The notes below the pieces were generated by a model. It made no database searches and was not told where the DNA came from. It saw nothing but the letters and a program-made list of their open reading frames with translations. Both the position numbers and the translations under genes were made by a program. DNA of 54,422 nt from a virus (Duplodnaviria > Caudoviricetes), in the IMG/VR virus record IMGVR_UViG_3300022745_000041, positions 1-54,422 of that record, one strand, 5' to 3'. Shown in pieces: positions 1-9,970 of the stretch. Position 1 is the stretch's first letter; each line of letters opens with the position of its first letter.

Positions 1-142
1 CTTTGCGATCCAGTCCATGTCGTGATTGCCTGCATCAACTAAATATGCCGCATGTGTTTCGCAGATCATCTCGCCATCGCAATACACTCGCGGCGATAGC
101 ACGCACACAATTGCCTCCCATTCCCCCTGCGTCGTCTTTGCG
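1..142. repeat. Terminal direct repeat, left copy (circular assembly overlap or terminal redundancy)
   Basis: 1-120 is identical to 54281-54400. 121-142 matches 54401-54422 except at 121, 124 and 139. Confidence 0.95.
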
Positions 143-183
143 AATGCCTCACGGACCTCGCTGATGTTGATTGGATCGCTCAC
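1..183 (-). CDS. 5' part of an Ead/Ea22-like protein that continues across the genome join into 53486-54422
   Basis: AAGGAGG RBS, then GTG at 183. Reads MSDPINISEVREAFAKTTQGEWEAIVCVLSPR, in frame with ORF 53486..54388. Confidence 0.75.
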   Translation of the reverse strand, partial: MSDPINISEVREAFAKTTQGEWEAIVCVLSPRVYCDGEMICETHAAYLVDAGNHDMDWIAK

Positions 184-350
184 TTCGCTACCTCCTTCCA
201 TTGCCATTGTCCGGTAGTTTGGCTGTATTCCGCGTGGCCCTGTTTGACGATTTCTTTCATCCAGGCATCCGAGCATTCCACAAATGCAAACCAAGCAACA
301 ATCAATCCCATAATTAAACCTACGACGAAACCTTCTGCTTTATCACTCAC
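180..350 (-). CDS. Small membrane protein (56 aa, not in the ORF track)
   Basis: GTG at 350 overlaps the upstream stop. Reads MSDKAEGFVVGLIMGLIVAWFAFVEC...WQWKEVAK*, with one hydrophobic helix. Its stop overlaps the next GTG. Confidence 0.7.
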   Translation of the reverse strand: MSDKAEGFVVGLIMGLIVAWFAFVECSDAWMKEIVKQGHAEYSQTTGQWQWKEVAK

Positions 351-1087
351 GCCAATACCTCCTCTTCAACTTCGCACGGCCCCCACGGTTGATCGGCGGA
401 TGGTCGCCATTGGCACGATTCAAGCTCGTCGTATTTGAAGCGACGGTCATTGAACCACATGTATGCCGTGGTCCACATTGGGAATCCACGCACTGAGTCT
501 TTCATGAATTGCGGGCACGGAGCCTTGTCTAAATCATCCGCACGCAACGGGCGATTGACGGTCTTGAGCTTGCGACAGGATTTTAGCGAACCACGTATCC
601 CGCCTTGGAGATATGCCACCGGAGACGTCTCGTCGAACCCTGTAATCTCGTACCTATTTCCATCACACTCCACGCGATCCCCTACCTTTAGCACGTTGCC
701 GACAGCGTCGGTGTGCTGCGGGATGAGGCGGTATGTGTCGTTGTTTGTTAGAGAATCAGAGTCGTCGCTCCGTGAGCACCAATCGCCAGTAGTTTTGTTT
801 TTGAACTGAAACAGCCGTCCCTCTTTCACGAGCCGCTCGAACTCTTCTCGGTACTCCGGCCCGCTGAACTCGACTCCCTCAGTGATTGTCGCGGGGAGCG
901 GTCGCAGGTCACGGACGTCATCACGATCGTAAAAGTATTTTCCTTCAGTCGTGAACACGCTTAAATCACCGGTTGCGCAACCGATCACGACAACAGGAAA
1001 GTGATCATGCCTTCGCGTCACGCACACAATTTCGACTTCACTCCCACCACTCAAAAACTTCTGGCCGACTTTGATGTCTTTCATCAC
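347..1087 (-). CDS. Hypothetical phage protein
   Basis: 246-aa ORF tightly coupled to its neighbours; no motif recognised. Confidence 0.75.
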   Translation of the reverse strand: MMKDIKVGQKFLSGGSEVEIVCVTRRHDHFPVVVIGCATGDLSVFTTEGKYFYDRDDVRDLRPLPATITEGVEFSGPEYREEFERLVKEGRLFQFKNKTTGDWCSRSDDSDSLTNNDTYRLIPQHTDAVGNVLKVGDRVECDGNRYEITGFDETSPVAYLQGGIRGSLKSCRKLKTVNRPLRADDLDKAPCPQFMKDSVRGFPMWTTAYMWFNDRRFKYDELESCQWRPSADQPWGPCEVEEEVLA

Positions 1088-1088
1088 G

Positions 1089-1277
1089 TTATGCCCCTTT
1101 CTGTTTATTAACTACCCATTGCATCACGCCAACTTCGCACGTCTCGTGATTCTCTCGCCCGTATTCTAGTAGTTTCTTCAGATTGTTATGTAGTTGTTCG
1201 CAGTCTGACCATTTCACATAATTCAACGCGCGTTCGATCATCTGCAACTCAAGCGGCATTAATGTTAGCGTTTTCAT
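1089..1277 (-). CDS. Hypothetical protein
   Basis: Start MKTLTL at 1277 forms an ATGA overlap with the upstream stop. Confidence 0.65.
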   Translation of the reverse strand: MKTLTLMPLELQMIERALNYVKWSDCEQLHNNLKKLLEYGRENHETCEVGVMQWVVNKQKGA

Positions 1278-1618
1278 CTCTGCCCCCTTTTCTCGCGTCG
1301 CTGTGTCTCCAGCACACTGGCCAACAGGGGTAACCACTCCAGCGGCACCGTGACGAGCCACTGGCTACGATTCTTGCGGTGCAGCACGATTGGGATTTCG
1401 CCAACCGCCGATTCCGCAATTGATTGCCCGACAGCGTTTTCAAGATTGAGCTTCTCGACTCGCTTCACTTCGACGTGAACACCCGTCTGCCCTTTGATGT
1501 CAGGCGAGTCAGCCCCGCCAGCGTGTTGCTGGCCACGGATCATCGGCACGCCGAAAATCTCCGACCATGCCTTTGCCGCCTCCCTCTCGCCCCGACAACC
1601 CTTGTTTCGTGAATTCAT
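1274..1618 (-). CDS. Holliday junction resolvase-like PD-(D/E)XK nuclease
   Basis: MNSRNKGCRGERE...SPDI...HVEVKRVE..., the typical phage Hjc-like pattern. GGAGG RBS upstream of 1618. Confidence 0.8.
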   Translation of the reverse strand: MNSRNKGCRGEREAAKAWSEIFGVPMIRGQQHAGGADSPDIKGQTGVHVEVKRVEKLNLENAVGQSIAESAVGEIPIVLHRKNRSQWLVTVPLEWLPLLASVLETQRREKRGQR

Positions 1619-1655
1619 CACCAAACCTCCCTGTTTGCGATTTAAGCCACTTGAG

Positions 1656-1844
1656 CTACCTGTCTGACACTTCTTCCGTGTTTGATGCCCCGCGTCGCTC
1701 CTGTGCAATCCTATCACTCAGGGCGAGCATTGCTCTCACGTAAGTAGCCGCCTCATCACAGGTCATATCTTCTGCCCAATCGGAGGTCAAAACCGCAATC
1801 GCAAACGTATCAATCCTTGCTTGTTCGTTCTGCTCTGGAGACAT
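1656..1844 (-). CDS. Hypothetical protein
   Basis: 62-aa ORF with an AAGGA/GAGAG purine-rich RBS. Confidence 0.55.
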   Translation of the reverse strand: MSPEQNEQARIDTFAIAVLTSDWAEDMTCDEAATYVRAMLALSDRIAQERRGASNTEEVSDR

Positions 1845-1904
1845 AATCTCTCTTTCCTTAGTAAGACCACTAAAACATACTACTAAAAACAGGAGACACT
1901 CAAG

Positions 1905-2058
1905 ACAGGGACTAAAGAACTAAAGTCTTTTTTATTATCATTAACTCTTATTATTAAAGAACTTAACTACTGTTGGACTTTAGGCCCTTTTGTGGACTTT
2001 AGGCCGGGCCTAAAGTCTTTTCGCGATTACTTTAGGCCCTTTAGGCCCACTTTAGTCC
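1905..2058. other. Putative replication origin (iteron-like repeats plus AT-rich tract)
   Basis: Eight CTTTAG/CTAAAG-core repeats in both orientations around an AT-rich stretch (~1928-1970), directly downstream of the primase-helicase gene. Confidence 0.65.
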
Positions 2059-4259
2059 TAGACCGACAACGACTGCTCTGCCAGCCGTTTGGTCCATTGG
2101 TCTCGCGAATAATACAGCACTCCGGGACGCCCACCGCTTGAGTTTTGCGGCTCAACGAACAGGCTTCCGGATTCTTGGAGCGTCGCGAGCACGTCTTTTC
2201 TTTCATTGGGTTTCAATTTCTTCAGCGGACTAGGGGAATGCAACATTTCATAACCCGTCACAATTCCCCGCTGTTCAACAAAACGTATCACCCTCAAACA
2301 ATCTCTCTCGAAATCTGACTCTGCGACATATAGGCCAACTTTCACGAGCATCATGTTCGTGAGCCAGTTAGATGTTTTGATTGCTAGGTTGACGTCGTCT
2401 AGTGTAATCGAAGGAGCATGTTGACCGCCACTCCTGGAGCACGCAAACAACAGTGCCAACTTATTGGTACGTTCTGCCGTCCGCTTCCAGATAGCGGCAC
2501 GGAAGTCGTCTTCGCCCGCCATAACCTTCTTATTGATATTGTCTCGATGTTCCGACGATCGTTCCCATGCCTCCAGCGTGTGCATCACAATCAGCGGTGT
2601 ATGTGCTTGGCCAGCCGTTCCGGCAAGGTCGCCGCTATGCGTCTTCAGGTCTAGCCAATGCGTCGCTTGGTCGAGAATGGATTGCGGCACTGATTGCTGG
2701 CTCGGTTCCTGACTGGCGACGTAGCCCCGGCCCTCGAATACCATGCACCGCCCCAGCAATCCCCCTTCGATCAACTCTCGTGTGATGTTCTCCCAAAATC
2801 CGTTCGTTGTGCATGTCCCATACAGCACAACGTTCGGGTATCGGATCGTGACTCGCTTAGTGCTGGCCAGCAATTTCGTCTTATAGAACGTTTGCGATGC
2901 CGGAAACAACGTTAGCAACTCACGCCCGACCGCCACCATGTGCGGTTGCGTCTGTGTGTTACGCATCGATACCAGCATGTGATGAATTTCGTCGATCTGA
3001 AGTAAGCAATTCGGAACTTCCGCAATGTATTTCGTGAGTCCTGAGTCTGAGCCGACATTGTCTTCGGTCAGGTCTTCTTTCTGAATCGCTGTCAGTATTT
3101 TCTTGTTCGTCATGCGTGCCGCGTCTTTACCGGCGCTGGTCTTCTCGACTCCAATCACGTAAACGTTCGGTCGTGTGTTTCGTTTATCAACAACCTTCTG
3201 ACCACAGAGTAGGCTCATCATCGCGATTGCGCCGCTCAACGCGAGTTCCGGCTGCGGGTCGTAAGCCGTGGCCAGCGTGTAATCGACGATCTCGCCAATC
3301 AGTCCTGGCGGACGGAGACAATCAGCGGGAAAGACGTTCGCGAGTTGTTTCGGATCCGGCTTGATCGGCTCAATCACTTTCGGCTGACTCAATAATCCGC
3401 TGATATCGACGTTGCTTGGCTGCTTCTCACGGTTATCAACCAGCAACCATCCTTCCGGCTTATCGCATGGTGTGGTTGCCGCTTGGTTCACTTTGCGAAC
3501 GACTTCGGATTCTGGCCAAGGAGGAAGGCAACTGAGGTTCCACTCTGTGAGATACCCCACCGCCTCCGCTTCGCTCAGATTGAATCCAGTCACGAGGCAA
3601 CGCGCCGCCCATAGCAAGCGATCGTGGCCATGCTGGCCACTAATTGAAACATCGAGCCGAGCCATATAGGAACGGATCCGTTCGTCTAACGGCGTTTGGA
3701 TTGTGTGCTGATAACTCAGTGAGCTTTTCGGAGAACTTGTTGCGGTTTGCTTTTTCTTGTGGTGTTTTGCAAATAGTCGCTGGAGTGCATCACCGGCAAC
3801 ACGTAACGCAGTCGAATCACTGATTTGGTTGCTAGTGAACGTAAAATACCGCTCATGATTGTAGACCTCGACTCCAGGCTGTTTCGATCCGTTTGTTGGC
3901 TTCTCGCCGATCTTAATTTTGTGCCATCCATTCGCTGGCCAGTCTCCTTTGCAAAAAATATGAACACCAGTTCCGCTCGGCGAAATTTCTGTGTAACTCG
4001 CGAAGTCTTCGACGATCTCTTGCGCCCAATCGGCTAACGAGCTGCCGACAATAGCCCCATCTAGGTCGATGCCGACCAATCCATCTTCTTTGCGGAACAT
4101 GAAACCGATGCGGTCGAACGCCTTCACGTCGTCAAACCGTGCCCACGTCGTCGGGTCGTTCGACCTCGCCCGCGTAATACCGTCAGCCTGAAGTGGTACT
4201 TTATTTTCATCCCAGCGCACCCAATTCGGGAGCGAGGCTAATTCTGGCGGGACGTCCAT
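2058..4259 (-). CDS. AEP-type primase-polymerase fused to a DUF3987-like P-loop helicase domain
   Basis: N-terminal GIDLD, EISPSGTGVHIF and VEVYNHERYFTFT motifs; PriCT-like WNLSCLPPW segment; C-terminal SAGKD and LLQIDE. Confidence 0.85.
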   Translation of the reverse strand: MDVPPELASLPNWVRWDENKVPLQADGITRARSNDPTTWARFDDVKAFDRIGFMFRKEDGLVGIDLDGAIVGSSLADWAQEIVEDFASYTEISPSGTGVHIFCKGDWPANGWHKIKIGEKPTNGSKQPGVEVYNHERYFTFTSNQISDSTALRVAGDALQRLFAKHHKKKQTATSSPKSSLSYQHTIQTPLDERIRSYMARLDVSISGQHGHDRLLWAARCLVTGFNLSEAEAVGYLTEWNLSCLPPWPESEVVRKVNQAATTPCDKPEGWLLVDNREKQPSNVDISGLLSQPKVIEPIKPDPKQLANVFPADCLRPPGLIGEIVDYTLATAYDPQPELALSGAIAMMSLLCGQKVVDKRNTRPNVYVIGVEKTSAGKDAARMTNKKILTAIQKEDLTEDNVGSDSGLTKYIAEVPNCLLQIDEIHHMLVSMRNTQTQPHMVAVGRELLTLFPASQTFYKTKLLASTKRVTIRYPNVVLYGTCTTNGFWENITRELIEGGLLGRCMVFEGRGYVASQEPSQQSVPQSILDQATHWLDLKTHSGDLAGTAGQAHTPLIVMHTLEAWERSSEHRDNINKKVMAGEDDFRAAIWKRTAERTNKLALLFACSRSGGQHAPSITLDDVNLAIKTSNWLTNMMLVKVGLYVAESDFERDCLRVIRFVEQRGIVTGYEMLHSPSPLKKLKPNERKDVLATLQESGSLFVEPQNSSGGRPGVLYYSRDQWTKRLAEQSLSV

Positions 4260-4284
4260 GTCCGGATTCTTTCTATCGCGTTAG

Positions 4285-5760
4285 TTATTTGCTTAATGAC
4301 ATCTGCTTAAACATCCGTTCTTGCTGCTCAGTGTCACACTGAATACGTTTCGCCTTTTCAAGCACTGTCTGAATCATCGGAACTTCGATTTCCGTGACCG
4401 GAATATGAACATTGAGCGGTCGAGTTGATCCGATTCGGTTGGAGCGTTTCACGGCTTGCCAAAACTCCTCGTAACTGTCTTGCAGACCGGAGAATACTTG
4501 TCGAGTTGCGATCTGGAGATTCAGCCCAAAACCCAGGATTTTTGGTTTGCTGATCAGGACCTTGACGCGACCCGTTTTGAAGTCATCAATCAATCGCTGG
4601 CGTTCTTCAATCGGAGTGTCGCCGTTAATGGTTGCGGCATTCGGAAACACTTTTTCCATCGACTCCTGCTCGGCGTTGTAGTGGCACCAGATCAGCGTTG
4701 ATTCGTTTGGCCACGACGCCACGAGGTTCCGAATGAACTCCGGCTTCTCGGTCGCGATGTCTTCACCTTTCGACCGCCCCTTCGCGAGTTGCGACAACTT
4801 GCCACGCTGGCCAATGCCGCCGATGCCGTTGACGAACAATCCGCCCGTGATGTTTTGAACTTCCTTGCGTTGCTCGCACGTCAATTCAATGTGGTCGATG
4901 TGAATATTGATCGGTGGAATTGTTTCGCAGTTGTCTTTCCATCCGTAGACCGCTGGATTACTGAGAAACAGGCACCAGTGAGACAGATCTCGATAGAACG
5001 GCCCGATAGCGTGCGGCTTGATCTCCCAGCGGTTCTGAGTCTCACCACGGTTCACAAAGTACCTGGCAAGAAATTCGTTGACAGTCCGAAAGTGATCGCA
5101 AAACACCGCATGATTCGCATACTCAATTCGATCATTTGGCGCAGGTGTCCCGGTCAATGCGAGCTTCCATTCCAGTCCTTTGCCGAGTTCGATCAGTCTT
5201 GTGCCCCATGCCCCGTAATGGCTCTTAAGTAAACTCGATTCATCCAGCATCAGCCCGCCAAGATTTCCGACTTCAATGTCATCGCGGATCGCTTCATAGT
5301 TCGTAATCGCGATGCCTTTCTCGTTAGTCATCCACGATTGCAGCTCAGCAGCCCGAATCTGATTGATGACGAGGTCAGGATAGAAACGTTTAGCTTCTGC
5401 TAACGTCTGTGAAATGACCATCAGCGGAGACACGATCAAGACGAGCTTGTCCGGCATCGCCTGAGCCGCTGCTTGTGCGACCTCCAATAAAATCGAAGTC
5501 TTGCCGAGTCCGCATTCCGCGAAAACCGCAAACTTCCGCTTCCGGATCGCCATTGCGACGATGTCGCGCTGGTAGTCGAATAGGTAATCAGATGGCAACC
5601 ACTCACACTGACGCTCGGCATGTTGTTCGCCGCCGATCGCTTCCGCGTATTCATCGGGAACAACGGCTGTGGTCCCCTTCCATTGGTACGTCGGCACTTT
5701 TTTCAGCCGCAGGAACTTGCGATAGTCCGCCATCGCAGACGTGTTGAAATCAAGCAACAT
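4285..5760 (-). CDS. SNF2-like superfamily 2 helicase
   Basis: LFDYQ, ECGLGKT, LDESS, LTGTP, GFGLNLQ and QAVKRSNRIG motifs. Likely start MLLDF at 5760. Confidence 0.88.
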   Translation of the reverse strand: MLLDFNTSAMADYRKFLRLKKVPTYQWKGTTAVVPDEYAEAIGGEQHAERQCEWLPSDYLFDYQRDIVAMAIRKRKFAVFAECGLGKTSILLEVAQAAAQAMPDKLVLIVSPLMVISQTLAEAKRFYPDLVINQIRAAELQSWMTNEKGIAITNYEAIRDDIEVGNLGGLMLDESSLLKSHYGAWGTRLIELGKGLEWKLALTGTPAPNDRIEYANHAVFCDHFRTVNEFLARYFVNRGETQNRWEIKPHAIGPFYRDLSHWCLFLSNPAVYGWKDNCETIPPINIHIDHIELTCEQRKEVQNITGGLFVNGIGGIGQRGKLSQLAKGRSKGEDIATEKPEFIRNLVASWPNESTLIWCHYNAEQESMEKVFPNAATINGDTPIEERQRLIDDFKTGRVKVLISKPKILGFGLNLQIATRQVFSGLQDSYEEFWQAVKRSNRIGSTRPLNVHIPVTEIEVPMIQTVLEKAKRIQCDTEQQERMFKQMSLSK

Positions 5761-6649
5761 GAACGGCCTCGCTTTCAGTGTCGTCAAATAGTGTTTTCGC
5801 TTTCGTCTGGTTCTCTGCGACACTGCGCAGGTTCTTTTCGGCGGTCTTCACGTACTCATCTTTGAGTTCGCACCCGTGGAAACATCTCCCGAGCTTCAAA
5901 GCCATATAACCCTCTGATCCGATGCCAGTGAACGGCGAGAACACTAGCTCGCCCGGATTGCTGTAGAGGCGAATGCACCGCTCAATCACGTCGAGCTGAA
6001 GAGGGCAGATGTGCTTCGTATCGTCCTCGCCTTTCGTGCCTCTCACGTTGAGCGTGTTTGTTTCTCGAATATCCATCCAAGCCGCTTCCGCCCAATCAAT
6101 CCACTGATTGCGACTCACTTGTCCAGACGCATCAATCGGAGTTGCGTTCTCGCCCGGCGCACGGAACTTGATGATGTAGTCAGCGATTGTTCCCCGTTGT
6201 TTCGCTCGATCTGATTCTAGTCCCGCGAACTGCAACTCTCGTGACCGTGTCCTGATCGCTTGGGCCTGTGGGTTCTTGCGAATGCACCAATCATATTCGT
6301 AGATCAACCCAGCCCGTTCTCCGATCCGAATGTTGATTCCCCTGAAGTCACACAAGCCAACTCCGCCTGATCGCTTCATCCTTGGTATCTGGCAGACGTG
6401 GACGCAAGCAACTCGCCCTGGCTTCAGCACGCGTGCCAACGCTTTGTAAAAAAACGAAAGATGCACTTTCGCTTCTGTGCCACATGTGTCTGTGTTTCCG
6501 ATGTCCGCCTCGCTTGACGTGTAGGCATATAGCGACGGGAACGGCGGAGAAAAGACCGCCATATCTACGCTGTGTGGAATCATTTCCTCCGCCATGTGCG
6601 GAATGCAGTCTCCGTGGTGAATCGACCAATTAGTAACACTCGCAACCAT
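5750..6649 (-). CDS. N4-cytosine/N6-adenine DNA methyltransferase (beta class)
   Basis: Catalytic FSPPF precedes HICP and the SAM-binding FSPFTGIGS motif. Confidence 0.9.
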   Translation of the reverse strand: MVASVTNWSIHHGDCIPHMAEEMIPHSVDMAVFSPPFPSLYAYTSSEADIGNTDTCGTEAKVHLSFFYKALARVLKPGRVACVHVCQIPRMKRSGGVGLCDFRGINIRIGERAGLIYEYDWCIRKNPQAQAIRTRSRELQFAGLESDRAKQRGTIADYIIKFRAPGENATPIDASGQVSRNQWIDWAEAAWMDIRETNTLNVRGTKGEDDTKHICPLQLDVIERCIRLYSNPGELVFSPFTGIGSEGYMALKLGRCFHGCELKDEYVKTAEKNLRSVAENQTKAKTLFDDTESEAVHVA

Positions 6650-6708
6650 AATACTACCCCTTCCTTGAGTTAAAACGACAAATCCACACCGCCAATAGTA
6701 TTAAACAC

Positions 6709-7356
6709 TTAATACGCCTCAGCCTCTTCCCTGGTCACGAAGAAGTGAATTCCTCCAGTGCATTCAATCATGAAATCGTCACACCACTGATCGCAATGAA
6801 CCGTTTCACCGACGCGATATTCTGTCTTGCCGTCGTGTTGACTAATTCCGACTTCGCCGCCAAAGAGTTCCAGCACCTCCACGAACTCAGCGCGACACTT
6901 CCGGCCAAATGCGTTTGATCGCTTGGCGGCCTCTGGTACTTTCAGCTTGACGATCACGCCGTCGTTGCATTTTTTCCAACCGATCACGGAACCCTCTCGC
7001 GGTGCAACGCGAGTTTTCGCGATGGCCAGCTCCACGCCTACCGCCCCGCGTAGGTTCGCATCGAGTAAGTCCGCATCGAGTAAGTTCGCCCCGCATAAGT
7101 CCGCCCCGCATAAGTCCGCCCCGCGTAAGTCCGCATCGAGTAAGTTCGCCCCGCATAAGTCCGCCCCGCGTAAGTTCGCCCCGTGTAAGTTCGCCCCGCA
7201 TAAGTCCGCCCCGCGTAAGTTCGCCCCGTGTAAGTTCGCCCCGCGTAAGTCGGCCCCGCGTAAGTCCGCATCGCATAAGTTCGCCCGAATTCCCGTCGTA
7301 ATTCCTCGCAACCACTCCAGATGTTTTTGTAACACTTCCTTCAAATCAATAACCAT
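6709..7356 (-). CDS. Pentapeptide-repeat protein with DUF5758-like C-terminal domain
   Basis: 16 A(D/N)Lxx repeats, then GWKK...KCRAE...CTGGIHFF. Start MVIDL at 7356 with an AAGGAG RBS. Confidence 0.9.
   Translation of the reverse strand: MVIDLKEVLQKHLEWLRGITTGIRANLCDADLRGADLRGANLHGANLRGADLCGANLHGANLRGADLCGANLLDADLRGADLCGADLCGANLLDADLLDANLRGAVGVELAIAKTRVAPREGSVIGWKKCNDGVIVKLKVPEAAKRSNAFGRKCRAEFVEVLELFGGEVGISQHDGKTEYRVGETVHCDQWCDDFMIECTGGIHFFVTREEAEAY
7045..7284 (-). repeat. 15-bp tandem repeat x16 encoding the pentapeptide repeats
   Basis: Units such as GCGAACTTACGCGGG and GCGGACTTATGCGGG. Confidence 0.95.
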
Positions 7357-7372
7357 AATCTCGCTCCTTGAG

Positions 7373-9970
7373 TTAAAACGGAACCTCTGCCCCAAACTGC
7401 AACCCTGCGTAATCAAACCCGCTCTCGTCATACGCTAACGCGACCGCCTCCTGTTCGTCTGCCCATGTTTCCGGAACGTCGTCAAGCTCTTGCTTGATGA
7501 TCTTGTTGAACCGGCCTTGCGGCACCACCCAAATACGATTCGCAATCGCTACGGCCCCGCGTTTCCAGAAACTAATAGCGCTATCAATTCGGGATTCGTT
7601 AAGGTCTTCTTCGAGCATGGCTTTCGATCGTTCACGCCACCATTGGTCAGCATTGCGCCGAGCAAAACCATCATGGTCTAGGCATACCCATTCGCTAATT
7701 GTCTTAACTGTCAGATTGCCGCCACCTTCTGCTAACTGGCATACATAGTCTATGCGAAGCGTGTTTGGAGCGTCAGGCGCGTTGCGTTTTTCGTGACGGC
7801 TGAACGTCGCGGACTCAACCAGATACTCTGTCGGCTCGACTTGGCTTTCAAGAATTGCTGACGTCGTGTCGGCGTTGGCTTCGTGTTTTGGTTTCGGGGG
7901 ATAGGCGAATTGACATTCCGGACAAACAACAGCGCTGATCGGAATTGCTTCTCCGCAGGCGGGACATTCCTTGGTCGGCATACCGCCGCCGGTTTCCTTC
8001 TTGGGTTTCTCTGGTGGGATTCCGTATGTTGGAGAGTCTATGGGGCCGTGACGTTTAACGTTTTCGCCGAAATCTAGGACCGCACAATCTCGCTTATCAG
8101 GATGAACTCGAAAGCCTCGCCCCACGATCTGCGCGAACAATCCCGGTGATGCTGTGGCGCGGAGAACGCAAATGCAGTCGATTTGCTTCGCGTTGAATCC
8201 GGTCGTGAGAACATCAACGTTGACGAGCCATCGCAATTGGCCGCCCTTGAATCGTTGCAGTGTGTTGGATCGTTCAATTGCTAACGTTCCGCCCGTGACC
8301 AGCCCAACGTCTTCGCCCGACAAACTGGCCAGTCTATCTGCCACATGTTCGGCATGTTTCACGCCGCTACAGAACACAAGGATTGACTTTCGGCCCGTGG
8401 CCTTTTCAATGATTTCAGCAACTGCCGCGTTAACGTTGTCGTCAGTATCGAACAGCGATTCTGCTTGTCCCGCGTCGAACTCGTGAGTTCGTGCCACGAT
8501 CTTGAGACTGCTTGTGTCAAGCTCCGACGTCATCGGCTTATTGACGATCTGGCACAGATATCCTTCGCTCATCAAACGACTAACGCTGGCCGTGTAGCAA
8601 ACTTTTGTCAGCAAGTTTTCAGGTCCGCACAGTGCGCCGGTTCCCGTGCGGAATGGAGTCGCCGTGAGTCCGCCGATAACCATGTGCGGGCACAGAGATT
8701 TCATTCCTTGGAAGAATGTACGGAATCGGCCTTCGCCATCTGGCGGCAAGAGGTGGCAATTGTGAACTAACACGCCGCCAGCAAAGTAAGAAGGGTGTCC
8801 GCTGACTTGCAGATTGTAGACAATTCGCGTGCCTTCTTGTTCGTTACGCGAATCACCTTCCAGCCAAACGAACTCAACAAAGCATCCTTCTTGATGTCCT
8901 GCTGCTTCCGGTTGCCCACATGCCCCGTTCCGTCCACTTCGATTCCAATCTTCAGTTTTTGGTTCCCGATGTCGAGCTTGTAGCAGTGCGGATATCCGTC
9001 CTTCGGCTTTAATTTCGTCGGTATCGCTACCTCTAGTTGCCAGTCCGGCCCCAAGATTTCTGCCAGTAGCGTTACTGGAACGGGAGTTGGTTTTCCGTTG
9101 CCGCCTTGAATGATCGGCTTGTGCCCTTTCCGCTTTTGCGTATCGCTGATCTTTTGTCGGACTTCCGGGCGGCTCGCTGGGTTGTCGTGGAGCTTTGCGC
9201 AGCGAATCGAGCAAAACCTCGTTCGCTCCCAGGTTCTTCGTCCCTGTATTTTCATCACCGGACTTTCTGGGGATCGGCGATAAGCCTTGGGATGAAACAT
9301 CTCGCCACATTTCAGACACAGTTTCGATATCAGCGAGATATTCGCCAACGTGTAAGGAACCAGCGGCAACCCACCCTCTTGCGGTAAAGACTGGATGATT
9401 TGAGGTACATTTGAGACGCAGTCCATTGCTTAATCCAATCGTAATAGGTTGTTTTACTGAAACACTTATGGCATCAACAACACCAACACCACTAGCGTTA
9501 TATACTACATCACCTACGCGAACGAATTCAAGACATTTATTGCCTGACGGAGTTGCGATTGGTGTGTCACCCGTAAAACATTCGTCAATTAAGCAAACAT
9601 CTCGACGTCCAAACAAATGCGACTTATCGAAACAGGACTGAATGCCCGCGAATACAACATCTTGGTCGGTATGCCGCTTGCCGAGTCCTGCGGAGTACAG
9701 CCCGACATCAACGCCCGGCATCAAGGCGCGGCACTCGTCTGCGTTCTGTTGAATCAATTCCTTCGACGGCTGTAACACCATCGCACGCCCGCCGAACGCT
9801 AAGACTTTGCGGAGCACTGCCGCTATCACGAGAGACTTCCCCGCACCGGTTGGTAAAACCACACACGGCGATTCGGTACGCATACCGGCCCATAATGCGT
9901 TAGCCGCTTCCTCTTGGTAGTACCTCAGCGTGATTGCTGATTGCTCGGAGCCGAACGGTAGCGACTGCAT
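7373..9970 (-). CDS. DEAD/DEAH-box SF2 helicase (RadD/YejH-like) with zinc ribbon, interrupted by an intein
   Basis: LRYYQ, PTGAGKS, DE[intein]CH, GLTATP, LTTGFN and QIVGRGFR motifs; CPAC...CPEC ribbon. Confidence 0.92.
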   Translation of the reverse strand: MQSLPFGSEQSAITLRYYQEEAANALWAGMRTESPCVVLPTGAGKSLVIAAVLRKVLAFGGRAMVLQPSKELIQQNADECRALMPGVDVGLYSAGLGKRHTDQDVVFAGIQSCFDKSHLFGRRDVCLIDECFTGDTPIATPSGNKCLEFVRVGDVVYNASGVGVVDAISVSVKQPITIGLSNGLRLKCTSNHPVFTARGWVAAGSLHVGEYLADIETVSEMWRDVSSQGLSPIPRKSGDENTGTKNLGANEVLLDSLRKAPRQPSEPPGSPTKDQRYAKAERAQADHSRRQRKTNSRSSNATGRNLGAGLATRGSDTDEIKAEGRISALLQARHREPKTEDWNRSGRNGACGQPEAAGHQEGCFVEFVWLEGDSRNEQEGTRIVYNLQVSGHPSYFAGGVLVHNCHLLPPDGEGRFRTFFQGMKSLCPHMVIGGLTATPFRTGTGALCGPENLLTKVCYTASVSRLMSEGYLCQIVNKPMTSELDTSSLKIVARTHEFDAGQAESLFDTDDNVNAAVAEIIEKATGRKSILVFCSGVKHAEHVADRLASLSGEDVGLVTGGTLAIERSNTLQRFKGGQLRWLVNVDVLTTGFNAKQIDCICVLRATASPGLFAQIVGRGFRVHPDKRDCAVLDFGENVKRHGPIDSPTYGIPPEKPKKETGGGMPTKECPACGEAIPISAVVCPECQFAYPPKPKHEANADTTSAILESQVEPTEYLVESATFSRHEKRNAPDAPNTLRIDYVCQLAEGGGNLTVKTISEWVCLDHDGFARRNADQWWRERSKAMLEEDLNESRIDSAISFWKRGAVAIANRIWVVPQGRFNKIIKQELDDVPETWADEQEAVALAYDESGFDYAGLQFGAEVPF
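8759..9580 (-). mobile_element. Intein (274 aa) inserted in the helicase Walker B/DECH motif
   Basis: Starts CFTGDT, has block B CTSNHPVF, ends VYNLQV...[10 protein letters not shown] followed by +1 Cys. Splicing restores IDE-CH. Confidence 0.93.
8767..9426 (-). CDS. Zn-finger/NUMOD3-like plus DUF559 (Vsr-like) endonuclease nested in the intein in the +1 frame; start uncertain
   Basis: CLKC...[19 protein letters not shown] and KLDIG..IGIEVDG..H...QQDIKKD..L...GWKVIRVTN motifs. Confidence 0.85.
   Translation of the reverse strand: MDCVSNVPQIIQSLPQEGGLPLVPYTLANISLISKLCLKCGEMFHPKAYRRSPESPVMKIQGRRTWERTRFCSIRCAKLHDNPASRPEVRQKISDTQKRKGHKPIIQGGNGKPTPVPVTLLAEILGPDWQLEVAIPTKLKPKDGYPHCYKLDIGNQKLKIGIEVDGTGHVGNRKQQDIKKDALLSSFGWKVIRVTNKKARELSTICKSADTLLTLLAAC

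Noticed and set aside
1-142. True packaging-type direct terminal repeats
   Set aside because: The repeat falls inside a gene and is not identical at its edge, so an assembly overlap is the simpler explanation.
7045-7284. Short regular repeats resembling a CRISPR array
   Set aside because: They are contiguous 15-bp units with no unique spacers, fully explained by pentapeptide coding. The overlapping repetitive ORFs in other frames are shadows.
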